Source of the DNA: Eledone cirrhosa
Lineage: Eukaryota
Reading direction: 5' to 3'
NCBI GenBank assembly: GCA_964016885.1
Contig: OZ024751.1
Coordinates: 33,604,001-33,668,000 of the forward strand
Length of the DNA: 64,000 nucleotides
This document shows, piece by piece, positions 28,170 through 44,470 of the stretch. A program made the translations under genes and the position numbers. A model generated the notes under the pieces. The model did no database searches. It saw nothing but the letters and a program-made list of their open reading frames with translations, and was not told the origin of the DNA. How positions within the stretch are numbered: the first letter of the stretch is position 1; each line of letters opens with the position of its first letter.

Positions 28170-28460
28170 TTTGCCCAAAGAAGAAACGTGTTCAAAAGAA
28201 AAAGCTACACAGTTGGGTACAAAACAGAAACTGTTGAGGAATTCTTTGGGGAAAAAATTTACTGATTTTTGCAAAGAGAAAATTCTTGATATCCAAATGG
28301 TTTAAAAAATGGTGAGCAAGATATGGTGATCCTTTTGAAAAGAAGAAGAGGGTGATACAAAGAAACGAAGATGTGGATCTGGATAACAGCCATGGTTTTC
28401 TGAATTAAAAGATATCATTTGTGACAGGATCGATGACAGAAGACTAAATTTTTGGTGTAT
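28170..28460 (+). pseudogene. Possible pogo-type transposase N-terminal relic
   Basis: Frameshifted fragments KSYTVGYKTETVEE and RRCGSG*QPWFSELKDIICDRIDDRR resemble pogo DNA-binding domains. Judged by eye only. Confidence 0.4.
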
Positions 28461-28464
28461 TGTG

Positions 28465-28648
28465 TAATTGGCAGTATCGGTAGAGCGTCAAATACCAGGA
28501 TTTTCAGCATGGAGTCATGGCCCTTTACGTTCGGAGTTCAAATCTCGCCGAGGTTAACTTTGAATTTCATCCTTACGAGGTCGATAAAATAAAGTACCAG
28601 TAATGCACTGGTGTAATTGCTGGCCTTGTGCCTAAAATAGAAACCACA
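28465..28648 (+). mobile_element. Meta-SINE, near full length
   Basis: TTGGCAGTATCGGTAGAG..GAGTTCAAATCTCGCCGAGG..CATCCTTACGAGGTCGATAAAATAAAGTACCAG. Confidence 0.85.
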
Positions 28649-28798
28649 ATTATTAAGAAACCACAATTATTATTGTTGTTGTTTATACAGGGAACAAAAG
28701 CACTATGTAATGTTTCAGGGCCCAACAGTGACAATATCTCCAGAATGCTAGAGGGATCAACATTGTGACCTAATCTCAGGCACTTATACGAGTTTATC

Positions 28799-28829
<31 letters not shown>

Positions 28830-28830
28830 A

Positions 28831-28968
<138 letters not shown>

Positions 28969-29216
28969 CATAATATGTCAGTTAAAGCCATATATATATG
29001 TCTGTACAGTCTACTTGAAATAGTCTGATATATATAAGTAGTTTACAGAGTCAATATGACACCGTAGTGACAAGAGACAGGAGAAGAGCAAGATTGCAAC
29101 TGTTGTAGAGAAAACATAATAATTCCTTATATTTTACACTAAACGGGCATCATCCATTTGTAACTTAGCAACAGCAATATTTTATTCTTCAACAACTCCA
29201 CTCTTTAGCAATATAC

Positions 29217-29306
<90 letters not shown>

Positions 29307-29461
29307 ATAATAATAAATTTGAAGACTAAAATCCAAAGAGGGCTTGCAACGTTTTTTGAAATATCCACTTCTGCGTTTACAGATTGACTTTGTTAGTTTC
29401 AGAAGATCCCGTTAAGGGTGAAAGCAGCGATTCTTTGCTTAAACTTTAATCTGTTATTTTA

Positions 29462-29508
<47 letters not shown>

Positions 29509-29583
29509 TATATATATTATCACTTCTGGTATTACATATCTCTTTAGCAATATACGTGTGTGCGTATATATATATATATATAT

Positions 29584-29686
29584 AAAAATTCGGGACCACC
29601 CCGACGGCTGTACTCCGGCCGTTTCAACAGGTCTTGATCTAGCTGTTAAAACGGCCGGAGCTCAGCCGTCGGGATCCCGAATTTTT
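29584..29686. mobile_element. GC-rich inverted-repeat element in (TA)n; single arm again at 51562-51610
   Basis: Arms AAAAATTCGGGA..CCGACGGCTG..TCCGGCCGTTT and its reverse complement. Confidence 0.65.
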
Positions 29687-29687
29687 C

Positions 29688-29742
<55 letters not shown>

Positions 29743-30609
29743 TTAAAAACCGGGAGGTTATATCCCAAGTTGGTAGAGCACTCAGTCTAAATGGAATTAT
29801 TGTATAAGAACATCGTAGTTGATTCGGAAGTGAAACAAAACAGATCTGGCCAATATATTCTTCTTCCAATGTGTGGTTTAATTCTTCAATTGATTCCTTG
29901 TCTTCAGCTTTCCAAACTTTCCTTGCTAATTTGATTCTAGTTTTCATTGATCTTCTTCAAGAATTACAGTCTAGCTTGTTTGTTGTACCTCACTTCTTAA
30001 ATAATTCACCTTTGTTCAATGACTTCTCATCATTGGTTCGTAGTAGGAAGACTTCCAAGATACATAATTAATGATACTGGCAGACTTTCATTTGAAGTGT
30101 GTAATTTTCTTTACACGTTGACAAATATAAAATGGATAGGGGTAATTGCTTTCTGTTGAACCACCTATTAACTGTGAAACCTTTAACAGTAATCTCTCAA
30201 TTTTTCTTTTATGTGCAAAGACAGTAACAAAAAGTTTTCCCATTTGTTTACATTTTCACAGCGAGACATATAATTATATATATCTTTAAAAAAACTATAA
30301 TTATACCTACATTGACTTTATCTTCTACGCTGTGTTGTTCAATAATACTATATCAATTATTAAACTAACAACTGGCCCCACGAGGAGATGATTACATCAA
30401 TGGCTGACCTATAGATCTATATATCAGACTGTAACTTATTATCTCTGTAGCTCACAGATGTTGTCTTTTAAAAATTCTTTTACTGTTTTCATTTAGTTGC
30501 TAATGTTGTTGATGTTGTTGTTCGTGTTGTTGCTGCTGCTATAGCTGCTGTTGTTGCCGCTGTTGCTAGCTAGAGGACTTTGTAACTGATGGTATCTGCG
30601 TTGTTGTTA

Positions 30610-30752
30610 ACTTCCAGTTGTGACCATCAAGCCTTTTTCAATGGAGGACATAGAAATAATTATATTATCCAATGTGTAATTTCCTTATTTAAGACAGCAG
30701 AGTGTAGATTTAGAAAGATTTGGTTACTATTTCTAGCAAATCAAACAACCAT
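30610..30752 (+). repeat. Unclassified dispersed repeat
   Basis: TTCCAG..GTGACCATC...ATCCAATGTG...GATTTGGTTACTATTTCTAGCA. Similar pieces at ~16895, 17720, 18950 (rev), 34420, 53270, 57365 (rev) and 60690. Confidence 0.5.
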
Positions 30753-30982
30753 GTGGTGAGTGGCAGACTCATTGAGTCGTCGAAACAATCGTTGTTGTTT
30801 AGTCCTAGGTTAAGACTGGTGGTTCGATCTCTGTTTTCTTCCAAACCTATTGTCATGTTTAGCAGTGGAATAACAGAGTTAGTAAAGCAACACTATTTAG
30901 TATCGTCTCTGTATGTTCTCAATTCAAATCCTACCAGGGTTTATATTATATATTTCTACAATAATATTATATATTTGTATAA

Positions 30983-31352
30983 TAATTGTTTCTACTTTTG
31001 GCACAAGGCCAGCAATCACCAGTACATTACTGGTACTATATTTTATCGATCTCGTAAGGATGAAAAGGCAAAGTTAACCTCGGCAGGATCTGAACTCAGA
31101 ACGTAAAGAGCCGTAACTCTATGCCGATAAAGATGTTGTCCGACGCTCTACCGATACTGCTAACCCAATAATAATAATACACCTATAACTAACTATATGA
31201 AATAATGATTTCTACTATAGGCACAAGGCCAGCAATTTGGGGGGAGCCGAAAGTTGATTAAATCGACTCCAGTGCATTACTGGTGATTTATTTACCGACC
31301 CTGTCAGGAATAAAGGCAAAGCTAACCTCGGCGGGATTTGAACTCAGAACGT
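30983..31352 (-). mobile_element. Two tandem Meta-SINE copies (30983-31167, 31204-31352)
   Basis: Similarity to 74-263. Confidence 0.8.
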
Positions 31353-31499
31353 GTGTAATAATGTTGTAAAGAGAGTGAAAGATTTCAGTAAACTGTTGAT
31401 GGTCGGCTAACTTCAAATAAAAGATGACAAAATGTGAAGATTGAGTCAGCTGTGACACAGTGATGACATGTGAAAAGAGAAGAAAAAATAATAAAAACG

Positions 31500-31595
31500 A
31501 AGGCGTGGTTTCTTTATGACGTCAATCATGTCCCGAAAACATAAGCTATCTGATTGGTTAAACTCGACAACCTAAGGCGGATATGACACGCCCTC
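31500..31595. promoter_or_regulatory. Pol II promoter-like motif cluster
   Basis: Sp/KLF-like GGCGTGGTT 31502-31510, full CRE TGACGTCA 31517-31524, reverse CCAAT box TGATTGGTTA 31551-31560 and KLF-like GACACGCCC 31585-31593, all within 95 bp of non-repetitive DNA. Confidence 0.55.
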
Positions 31596-32564
31596 TTTCT
31601 TCAAGCTGTTTCTTATATTTCTGTGATCTGCGATAATTTCTCTGTCAGACATTGCAACAAGAATTATTCCAGTAATGTTGGACTATATTTTAGATAAATC
31701 GATTTATTCAGATTTACATGAATTTACATGTTTGTATATTGTGAATTGTGTCAGTTCGTTAATAAACACACATTTCTCGGTAACTTCCGTAACTCATAAT
31801 TTACGGATTTTACCGATATTTAACGAAGCTTACCAAATTTCATTACTTTTGTTTTTATTTTATTTCTTGTTGTGTTGTTTTGTTTTATTTTTTTCCTAAA
31901 AAAACTTAAATTTTGACTTTTTAGCATTTTTAAAATAAACTAATTAGATTCCATTATAAATAACTATTTAAATTATTTTACCGTTTACAATGCAAAACAT
32001 TAAACCTATACTATTAAAATATAGAATATTTCGTCAGAAACCAAAATATTAAAGTTATTAAAAATAGACATTTCTAAAATATTTTATATAAATTGATTTT
32101 ATCAGCAATCGTTAATTTATTTAAGAAAAGTTTTAAACCTTAAATACAAAACCTTAAACCTTATTTACACAACTAAAATTATTTTTTTGAGTATACATAA
32201 ATTGTTCAAATTAGAAAATTACTTAATTTCCGATAAATTTATTTTTCAACAATTATTGATTATTAATTTATTTATCAAAAACAAAAATGAAATATGTTAG
32301 AATCAATCATTTGTTTGTTAATTTTTATTAAGATATTTTTTAAAATATGTTGAAACACCACAAACTTTTGGTTGTGTCGTTTTATTGGTAATTAGCTAGC
32401 TTCATTAACTTCAACTTATTTGCTAGTAAGTTAATTAGTTGGGTAGAAATATGTCTGTTATCTCATTAATATATATATGTAATGCACTGGATAATTGCTG
32501 GCCTTGTGCCTAAAGTAGAAACAATTAATATATATATGTATATATAAATGTGTGTGTGTGTGTA

Positions 32565-32731
<167 letters not shown>

Positions 32732-32749
32732 ATGTGTATGTATGTATGT

Positions 32750-33250
32750 CAGGTCACCAGTTGGACATCCTGCAGGACTAAAAACAAAACCTGTCAAAGG
32801 GCAAAGGAGCTCTTAAGAGTCAATGGCCATCCAAAATCACCGGGAGAGATGACCCCTTAGCCTTTGTAAAGGCAGAATTCTAGGAGAAGGAAAACTCTGA
32901 TATAACACCTGCAACCCTGATGGTATCCAATGACGTTGACTTGTTCTTCTTTTTGGTAAATATCATATTGGTTAAGAGAGTGGGACTGGCTTTGTGCAGT
33001 GCCTTTGCTCACTATAAAAGCTTCACGGCACAGGCATTGCTTTATATCTGGAGATCTCTCTGCACTTGTCGTTACATGGTACCATGGGCCCAGCACTATG
33101 TGTCAATAATTGTCACAAGTGTAGTGTTTGTACCAGAGTTTTCAAGTCGCTGGCTGGACTAAAAAGTCACACTCGTTCAGCGCATCGGTGGGGGTTCTCC
33201 TACATGGATATAAAGTAGTGGCCGTACTCGAAAACGAGTTGGCAGCCACC
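32750..33250 (+). mobile_element. Probable RTE-type LINE 5' UTR relic between microsatellites
   Basis: Higher-GC island containing CTAGGAGAAGGAAAACTCTGA, a motif I associate with RTE 5' UTRs. No ORF. Confidence 0.35.
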
Positions 33251-33377
33251 ATATATATATATATATGGTTTTAAATACGTATTTATGTAGAATGCGAAGT
33301 AGAATTTTATGATATTCATGCATGACCGCGTGAGAGAGAGAGGGGGTGAGAGAGAGAGGGGATGAGGAGGGGGAGGA

Positions 33378-33412
<35 letters not shown>

Positions 33413-33575
33413 AAGAGAGAATTAATATGTATTTGGGTCTCTGTGAGGAAGTTTGTGGAAGTTTCAATAAAAACGTTAATGTGTTAATATATACGTACAG
33501 TGTATGTACGTATATAAATACATATTGTATACATTCATACATATTGTATACATATATATATATAATATATATATA

Positions 33576-33693
<118 letters not shown>

Positions 33694-34011
33694 GTGTGAA
33701 AGACCAAAGGTCATTATTGAAAGTCTCTGGATTTCACAAAATACACAATATATATTTTATTGGAGAAGTTAAGATATTTTTCCACAAAAATTTGATTGCA
33801 CTGTTTAGTTTCCACTTATATATTTTTTTGAAAATGTTATTTATTGATTATAAAAATTAAATAAAAGCATTCTATATGTAGGTGGGTCCCCTTCAATTCC
33901 TGGCAACCAATATTTTTAGACCTAGTCCGCCATTGTATACAATGTTTGCACGTACTTATCATGAATATATAGGTACATACACTATATATGTACCTACATA
34001 TATATAGTGTG

Positions 34012-34076
<65 letters not shown>

Positions 34077-34857
34077 TGTGTGTGTACCTACATAAACAAC
34101 ATGTTTTTTCTTAATTTCATCTGAACATGTGGTTGTGCAGTAACACAACAAATGTGATAAGAGTCAGACCAGGAATTAATATATAAACTGGTGGAATTGT
34201 TTGGGGGAAATCCTTGTAAAACCCAAACATTTTCCCTTCTCTGTAGCTGCTAAGTTATAATGTAGACAGTTGCCTTGTCTACTGCCATAGTAATACCAAC
34301 TGCAAGGTAACTCTTGTTTGACCCAGGTCAGTTATAGTCGACCATCACACCTTGTGTATGGTTACAAATAACTTTGACTTCAATTAAAAAATGGGGCTGG
34401 ATGTTTATTGTTGCTGTTTAGCCGAGGTCAATGATTACCTAATCTAATGTGTCCTTCTTTTTATAAAAGGGTAAGGTGTAAATTGAGGAAGATTTCGTTA
34501 TTATATCTAGCAGGTTGAGCGATAATGTGGACTCACCTTCTTTCATTCGTTGTTAATTATTTAGCTTCAGGTTTGGTACAAGACGTCCCCAGACGCCATA
34601 TTGAAATATAAATAAAGTGTTATTTAACTTCAGGTCTGGTCCCAGATATATCTGGACGCCATATTGAAATACATATGAAGTGTTATTTAGCTTCGGGTCT
34701 GGCACAAGACGTCTCTGTCACACAATGGGATCGAACCCGAAAGTGAACACCTTATTTATTTGGTCATGCTATACCTACATTTTATAGATTAGTCACAACT
34801 AGTATCATATAGGTATTATATAGATTAGTCACAGCTAGTATCATATAGGTAAATATA

Positions 34858-34927
<70 letters not shown>

Positions 34928-35465
34928 GAGAGAGAGAGAGAGAGAGAGAAATAGATAAAACACAACACCATACAGCCGCCACTAGAGACAGAGAGAATGC
35001 GAGAGAGGCAGAGGAGGAGAAAGAGGAGGGGGAGACAGGTGAGAGATGGAAATGTGTGAAGTAAAGAAATAATCAATAAAACGGAACAAGAATGTCGGTC
35101 AATTCTTGACAAGAGAAACATCCGGGGAATTCCTTAACGACCACAACCATGACGACGTAGACGACGTTGACGATATTGACAGCGTTGACGGCGTTACCGT
35201 TAACGCTGCTGCTACCACCACCTTCATCACCATGCCTATCGCTGCTACCACCGACATCACCATAGCTACCACTGATGCCGCCACCACCGTCGCAACTATA
35301 GCTACCGCTGCCGCCACCAATGTCATCACCATAGATAACGCTGCCGCCACCAATGTCATCACCATAGATACCGTTGCCGCCACCAGAGGACTTAGAAAAT
35401 GTTCTACTAATTTCCTTCTCTCTTTAACGACATCGCCAGTTGATGGTGCAAGGAACACACACACA

Positions 35466-35548
<83 letters not shown>

Positions 35549-35549
35549 C

Positions 35550-35580
<31 letters not shown>

Positions 35581-35952
35581 CCTGCTGGCCATCATTAACC
35601 ATCTTATATGCTATAATAGACAAACCAATCAACTAATAATTAAAACATATTTTCACCTCTGTCTCATTTTATTTGAAGAAAAATATCTGTAAATAATCTA
35701 TGACCTCTTGCAATTATTTCACTCATTTATCTCGGAAATCAATCAAATACTTGATAAAAAAATATTAACTAATAAACACGTATCGAACCTTGTAAAAAAA
35801 ACAAATAATTAAGAAACAAGTGCAATCGATGAAAAGTTCAAAACACTTCTATCAATATTTTTTCTCTGTAATTGATTGAAAAAAAAAAGAGGTGGGGGTT
35901 ATTATATATTGCAGATTAATTATTCAAATATTGATATAATTTAAGTGTTTCT

Positions 35953-37358
35953 CTACTGTCTTAAAGTTGATATGACTTGAGAGAAGAAAGGGAGAGATGG
36001 ACTGTGGTGATAAAGAATGGTAAACTATTTCTACTGTCTTAAAGTTGATATGACTTGAGAGAAGAAAGGGAGAGATGGACTGTGGTGATAAAGAATGGTA
36101 AACTATTTCTACTGTCTTAAAGTTGATATGACTTGAGAGAAGAAAGGGAGAGATGGACTGTGGTGATAAAGAATGGTAAACTATTTCTACTGTCTTAAAG
36201 TTGATATGACTTGAGAGAAGAAAGGGAGAGATGGACTGTGGTGATAAAGAATGGTAAACTATTTCTACTGTCTTAAAGTTGATATGACTTGAGAGAAGAA
36301 AGGGAGAGATGGACTGTGGTAATAAAGAATGGTAAACTATTTCTACTGTCTTAAAGTTGATATGACTTGAGAGAAGAAAGGGAGAGATGGACTGTGGTGA
36401 TAAAGAATGGTAAACTATTTCTACTGTCTTAAAGTTGATATGACTTGAGAGAAGAAAGGGAGAGATGGACTGTGGTGATAAAGAATGGTAAACTATTTCT
36501 ACTGTCTTAAAGTTGATATGACTTGAGAGAAGAAAGGGAGAGATGGACTGTGGTGATAAAGAATGGTAAACTATTTCTACTGTCTTAAAGTTGATATGAC
36601 TTGAGAGAAGAAAGGGAGAGATGGACTGTGGTGATAAAGAATGGTAAACTATTTCTACTGTCTTAAAGTTGATATGACTTGAGAGAAGAAAGGGAGAGAT
36701 GGACTGTGGTAATAAAGAATGGTAAACTATTTCTACTGTCTTAAAGTTGATATGACTTGAGAGAAGAAAGGGAGAGATGGACTGTGGTGATAAAGAATGG
36801 TAAACTATTTCTACTGTCTTAAAGTTGATATGACTTGAGAGAAGAAAGGGAGAGATGGACTGTGGTGATAAAGAATGGTAAACTATTTCTACTGTCTTAA
36901 AGTTGATATGACTTGAGAGAAGAAAGGGAGAGATGGACTGTGGTGATAAAGAATGGTAAACTATTTCTACTGTCTTAAAGTTGATATGACTTGAGAGAAG
37001 AAAGGGAGAGATGGACTGTGGTGATAAAGAATGGTAAACTATTTCTACTGTCTTAAAGTTGATATGACTTGAGAGAAGAAAGGGAGAGATGGACTGTGGT
37101 AATAAAGAATGGTAAACTATTTCTACTGTCTTAAAGTTGATATGACTTGAGAGAAGAAAGGGAGAGATGGACTGTGGTGATAAAGAATGGTAAACTATTT
37201 CTACTGTCTTAAAGTTGATATAACTTGAGAGAAGAAAGGGAGAGATGGACTGTGGTGATAAAGAATGGTAAACTATTTCTACTGTCTTAAAGTTGATATG
37301 ACTTGAGAGAAGAAAGGGAGAGATGGACTGTGGTAATAAAGAATGGTAAACTATTTCT
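35953..37358. repeat. 78-bp minisatellite, 18 near-identical copies
   Basis: Unit begins CTACTGTCTTAAAGTTGATATGACTTGAG at 35953, 36031 and so on. Confidence 0.97.
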
Positions 37359-37589
37359 AAAGAGAGAATAAAGATAACCAATTTATATAATAAAATAGAG
37401 AGGCTGTGAATTGGTAGAATTGTTAGAAGGGAGGATAGAATGGTTAGTGGTATTGGTTCAGGATCTTGACACAGTGTGAGTTCAAATCTCGCCCAGGTCA
37501 AATTTATCTTTCTTCCTTTCGAGGTCAATAAAAAAAGGAACACAGTCTATTCTTTCTTATATATATATATATATTATATATATATATAT

Positions 37590-39943
<2,354 letters not shown>

Positions 39944-39966
39944 GGTAACTAAGATGCATCCATAGA

Positions 39967-40056
39967 CGTGTCTGAGGAACCCGCGAATCCAGAGTCAGGC
40001 CGATCCGCACACAGATCGCTCCTCGAGCAGTTCGCCAGGGAAACAATTGTAATACG
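39967..40056 (+). ncRNA. Type I hammerhead ribozyme with extended stem II
   Basis: Stem I CGTGT/ATACG, CTGAGGA, long stem II (GCGAA/TTCGC, GAG/CTC, CGATC/GATCG), GAAA, palindromic CAATTG, GUA triplet, then AATAAA at 40058. Confidence 0.75.
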
Positions 40057-40108
40057 CAATAAATTGAGTTCCGATGCATCACTGATTTTTCGTTTTCCAT
40101 TCTATATA

Positions 40109-40258
<150 letters not shown>

Positions 40259-41409
40259 GAGGGGGGATTACGGAAGTGACCATATCTCAACACCCTCCAT
40301 GAGATAACAAGGGTACAGTTGATTGACTGTTCCATTACAGAGCAGACTTACAGAGGGGAGTTTTATGGCATTATTCACGAATTGGCTTCTCTGAGACTCT
40401 TGGACGGAATTCCGTTTCATTGCAATCTTCCGCCTATAACAGTTATAAAAAGTGACAGTACTTTGGCTTGTGTCAGACGCTGTGACCCCAGATAGACCTG
40501 CAGTACCATCGGTAGGGGTGGAAACTGCCAAAGTCCAACTCGACGGCTGAAGACCTTGGAATTCTGTCTTTCGTCTGTTTGTTTGTTCTTTTTTGTTTTT
40601 TTTAATGAAATATTTTTTAAGGTTTCCCAATTAAATTTTTTTTTTCGTTCTGCCTTGTTTTCGTTTATTGTCTTTTCTTTGCTAATTTTCCTAATTTTAT
40701 ATATACAATTATACACACACACAGACACACAGACACACACACACACAATTTTATTTGATTACTATTTCTACTTTTGGCACAAGGCCAGCAATTATCCCAG
40801 TATATTACTGGTACTTTTATTTGATAACGTCAATATTTCAGTCATGCATTCTCTTATCGAAAAATGAAAATTCCAGATAACAGAGGAGTGTGGCGGAGTT
40901 ATGGTTGGTATGTGAGAGAGTGTGTGTGTGTTTGTGATGGGGGGGGGGGGGGGTCTGCGTGAGAGAGAGAGAGTGTGTGTGTGTGTTTGTGAGAGAGTGT
41001 GTGTGTCTGCGTGAGAGAGTGTGTGTGTGTTTGTGAGGGGGTGTGTGTGTTTGTGAGGGGTTGTGTGTGTCTGCGTGAGAGAGAGAGGGAGAGAGTGTGT
41101 GTTCGTGAGGGGATGTGTGTGTCTGCGTGAGAGAGAGAGTGTGTGTGTTTGTGAGGGGTTGTGTGTGTCCGCGTGAGAGAGAGACAGTGTGTGTATGTGT
41201 ATGTGTATTATATATATGTGAGTGTGTATGTGTATGTGAGAGAGCGCGCGTGTGTGTATGTGAAAGAGAGAGTGTGTGTGTGTGTATGTGAGTGAGAGAG
41301 AGTGTGTGTGTGTGCATGTGAGTGAGACAAAGAGTGTGTGTGTGTGAATGGGAGTATGTCCACCGTGGGTATGTATGTGCTACTGTGTGAATGTATGTGT
41401 CTCAGTACA

Positions 41410-44320
41410 CCACAACCTCACAACCTCAAAACCTCACTACCCCACTGTCTCACTCCCTCACTATCTCACAACCTCACTACCTCACTACCCCACTGTCTCA
41501 CTCCCTCACTACCTCACTACCTCACTATCTCACTACCCCACTGTCTCACTCCCTCACTACCTCACTACCTCACTATCTCACTACCTCACTACCTCACTAC
41601 CCCACTGTCTCACTCCCTCACTACCTCACTACCTCACTATCTCACTACCTCACTATCTCACTACCCCACTGTCTCACTCCCTCACTACCTCACTACCTCA
41701 CTATCTCACAACCTCACTACCTCACTACCCCACTGTCTCACTCCCTCACTACCTCACTACCCCACTGTCTCACTACCTCACTACCCCACTGTCTCACTAC
41801 CTCACTACCTCACTACCTCACTACCTCACTACCTCACTGTCTCACTACCTCACTACCTCACTACCTCACTACCTCACTGTCTCACTACCTCACTACCTCA
41901 CTGTCTCACTACCTCACTACCTCACTACCCCACTACCTCACTACCCCACTGTCTCACTACCTCACTACCTCACTGTCTCACTACCTCACTACCTCACTAC
42001 CTCACTACCTCACTACCTCACTCCCTCACTCCCTCACTACCTCACTACCTCACTACCTCACTACCTCACTGTCTCACTACCTCACTACCTCACTACCTCA
42101 CTACCTCACAACCTCACTACCTCACTACCTCACTGTCTCACTACCTCACTACCCCACTGTCTCACTACCTCACTGTCTCACTACCTCACTACCTCACTAC
42201 CTCACTACCTCACTACCTCACTCCCTCACTCCCTCACTACCTCACTACCTCACTACCTCACTACCTCACTGTCTCACTACCTCACTACCTCACTACCTCA
42301 CTACCTCACAACCTCACTACCTCACTACCTCACTGTCTCACTACCTCACTACCTCACTACCCCACTGTCTCACTACCTCACTATCTCACTACCTCACTGT
42401 CTCACTACCTCACTACCTCACTACCTCACTACCTCACTACCTCACTCCCTCACTCCCTCACTACCTCACTACCTCACTACCTCACTACCTCACTGTCTCA
42501 CTACCTCACTACCTCACTACCTCACTACCTCACTACCTCACTCCCTCACTCCCTCACTACCTCACTACCTCACTACCTCACTACCTCACTGTCTCACTAC
42601 CTCACTACCTCACTACCCCACTACCTCACTACCCCACTGTCTCACTACCTCACTACCTCACTGTCTCACTACCTCACTACCTCACTACCTCACTACCTCA
42701 CTACCTCACTCCCTCACTCCCTCACTACCTCACTACCTCACTACCTCACTACCTCACTGTCTCACTACCTCACTACCTCACTACCTCACTACCTCACAAC
42801 CTCACTACCTCACTACCTCACTGTCTCACTACCTCACTACCTCACTACCCCACTGTCTCACTACCTCACTGTCTCACTACCTCACTACCTCACTACCTCA
42901 CTACCTCACTACCTCACTCCCTCACTCCCTCACTACCTCACTACCTCACTACCTCACTACCTCACTGTCTCACTACCTCACTACCTCACTACCTCACTAC
43001 CTCACAACCTCACTACCTCACTACCTCACTGTCTCACTACCTCACTACCTCACTACCCCACTGTCTCACTCCCTCACTACCTCACTACCTCACTGTCTCA
43101 CTACCTCACTACCTCACTACCTCACTACCTCACTACCTCACTCCCTCACTCCCTCACTACCTCACTACCTCACTACCTCACTACCTCACTGTCTCACTAC
43201 CTCACTACCTCACTACCTCACTACCTCACAACCTCACTACCTCACTACCTCACTGTCTCACTACCTCACTACCTCACTACCCCACTGTCTCACTACCTCA
43301 CTACCTCACTACCTCACTACCTCACTGTCTCACTACCTCACTACCTCACTACCTCACTGTCTCACTACCTCACTACCTCACTACCTCACTACCTCACAAC
43401 CTCACTACCTCACTACCTCACTGTCTCACTACCTCACTACCTCACTACCTCACTGTCTCACTACCTCACTACCTCACTGTCTCACTACCTCACTACCTCA
43501 CTACCCCACTACCTCACTACCCCACTGTCTCACTACCTCACTACCTCACTGTCTCACTACCTCACTACCTCACTACCTCACTGTCTCACTACCTCACTAC
43601 CTCACTACCTCACTACCTCACTACCTCACTGTCTCACTACCTCACTACCTCACTACCTCACTACCTCACTGCCCCACTGTCTCACTACCTCACTACCTCA
43701 CTACCCACTACCTCACTACCTCACTGTCTCACTACCTCACTACCTCACTACCTCACTACCTCACTACCTCACTACCTCACTACCTCACTGTCTCACTACC
43801 TCACTACCTCACTACCCCACTGTCTCACTACCTCACTACCTCACTGTCTCACTACCTCACTACCTCACAACCTCACTACCTCACTGTCTCACTCCCTCAC
43901 TATCTCACTACCTCACAACCTCACTACCTCACTACCTCACTACCTCACTACTTCACTGCCTCACTACCTCACTCCCTCACTACCTCACTCCCTTACTCCC
44001 TCACTACCTTACTCCCTCACTACCTCACTACCTCACTGTCTCACTACCTCACTGTCTCACTCCCTCACTACCTCACTCCCTCACTCCCTCACTACCTCAC
44101 TACTTCACTCCCTCACTCCCTCACTACCTCACTGTCTCACTACCTCACTACCTCACTGTCTCACTACCTCACTGTCTCACTCCCTCACTACCTCACTACC
44201 TCACTCCCTCACTACCTCACTACCTCACTCCCTCACTCCCTCACTACCTCACTCCCTCACTACCTCACTCCCTCACTACCTCACTACCTCACTCCCTCAC
44301 TACCTCACTACCTCACTGTC
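41410..44320. repeat. 8-bp satellite (CTACCTCA)n, ~360 units with variants
   Basis: Variants CTGTCTCA, CTCCCTCA, CTACCCCA, CAACCTCA and CTATCTCA are interspersed. Confidence 0.97.
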
Positions 44321-44413
44321 TGTTGAGACAATAATTGGTCGCTGCTCTTATTCGTTTTAATTACGTTCCGCAATGAATACTTGTGTGGGCGTGTTCTGGA
44401 TAGATAAACGTGA

Positions 44414-44470
<57 letters not shown>

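Noticed and set aside
29395-29435. CAGAAGA-TCCC..GGGT-GAAA hammerhead-like motif
   Set aside because: Core mutated, and stems I and III cannot be formed convincingly.
32825-32885. Possible HDV-like ribozyme in LINE 5' relic (GGCCATC/GATGACC pairing)
   Set aside because: Only 16 nt between the P1 strands, too short for P2/P3/L3.
35924-37543. 539-aa repetitive ORF
   Set aside because: By-product of a 78-bp (multiple of 3) minisatellite. The ORF start lies in a SINE fragment and there is no synonymous-biased variation.
41410-44320. Interstitial telomere or let-7 gene interpretation of the satellite
   Set aside because: The unit is not TTAGGG. No full mature let-7 sequence or precursor hairpin is present.
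41338-44360. Three ~990-aa ORFs
   Set aside because: All three frames are open only because the 8-bp unit lacks stop codons. No splice or domain evidence.
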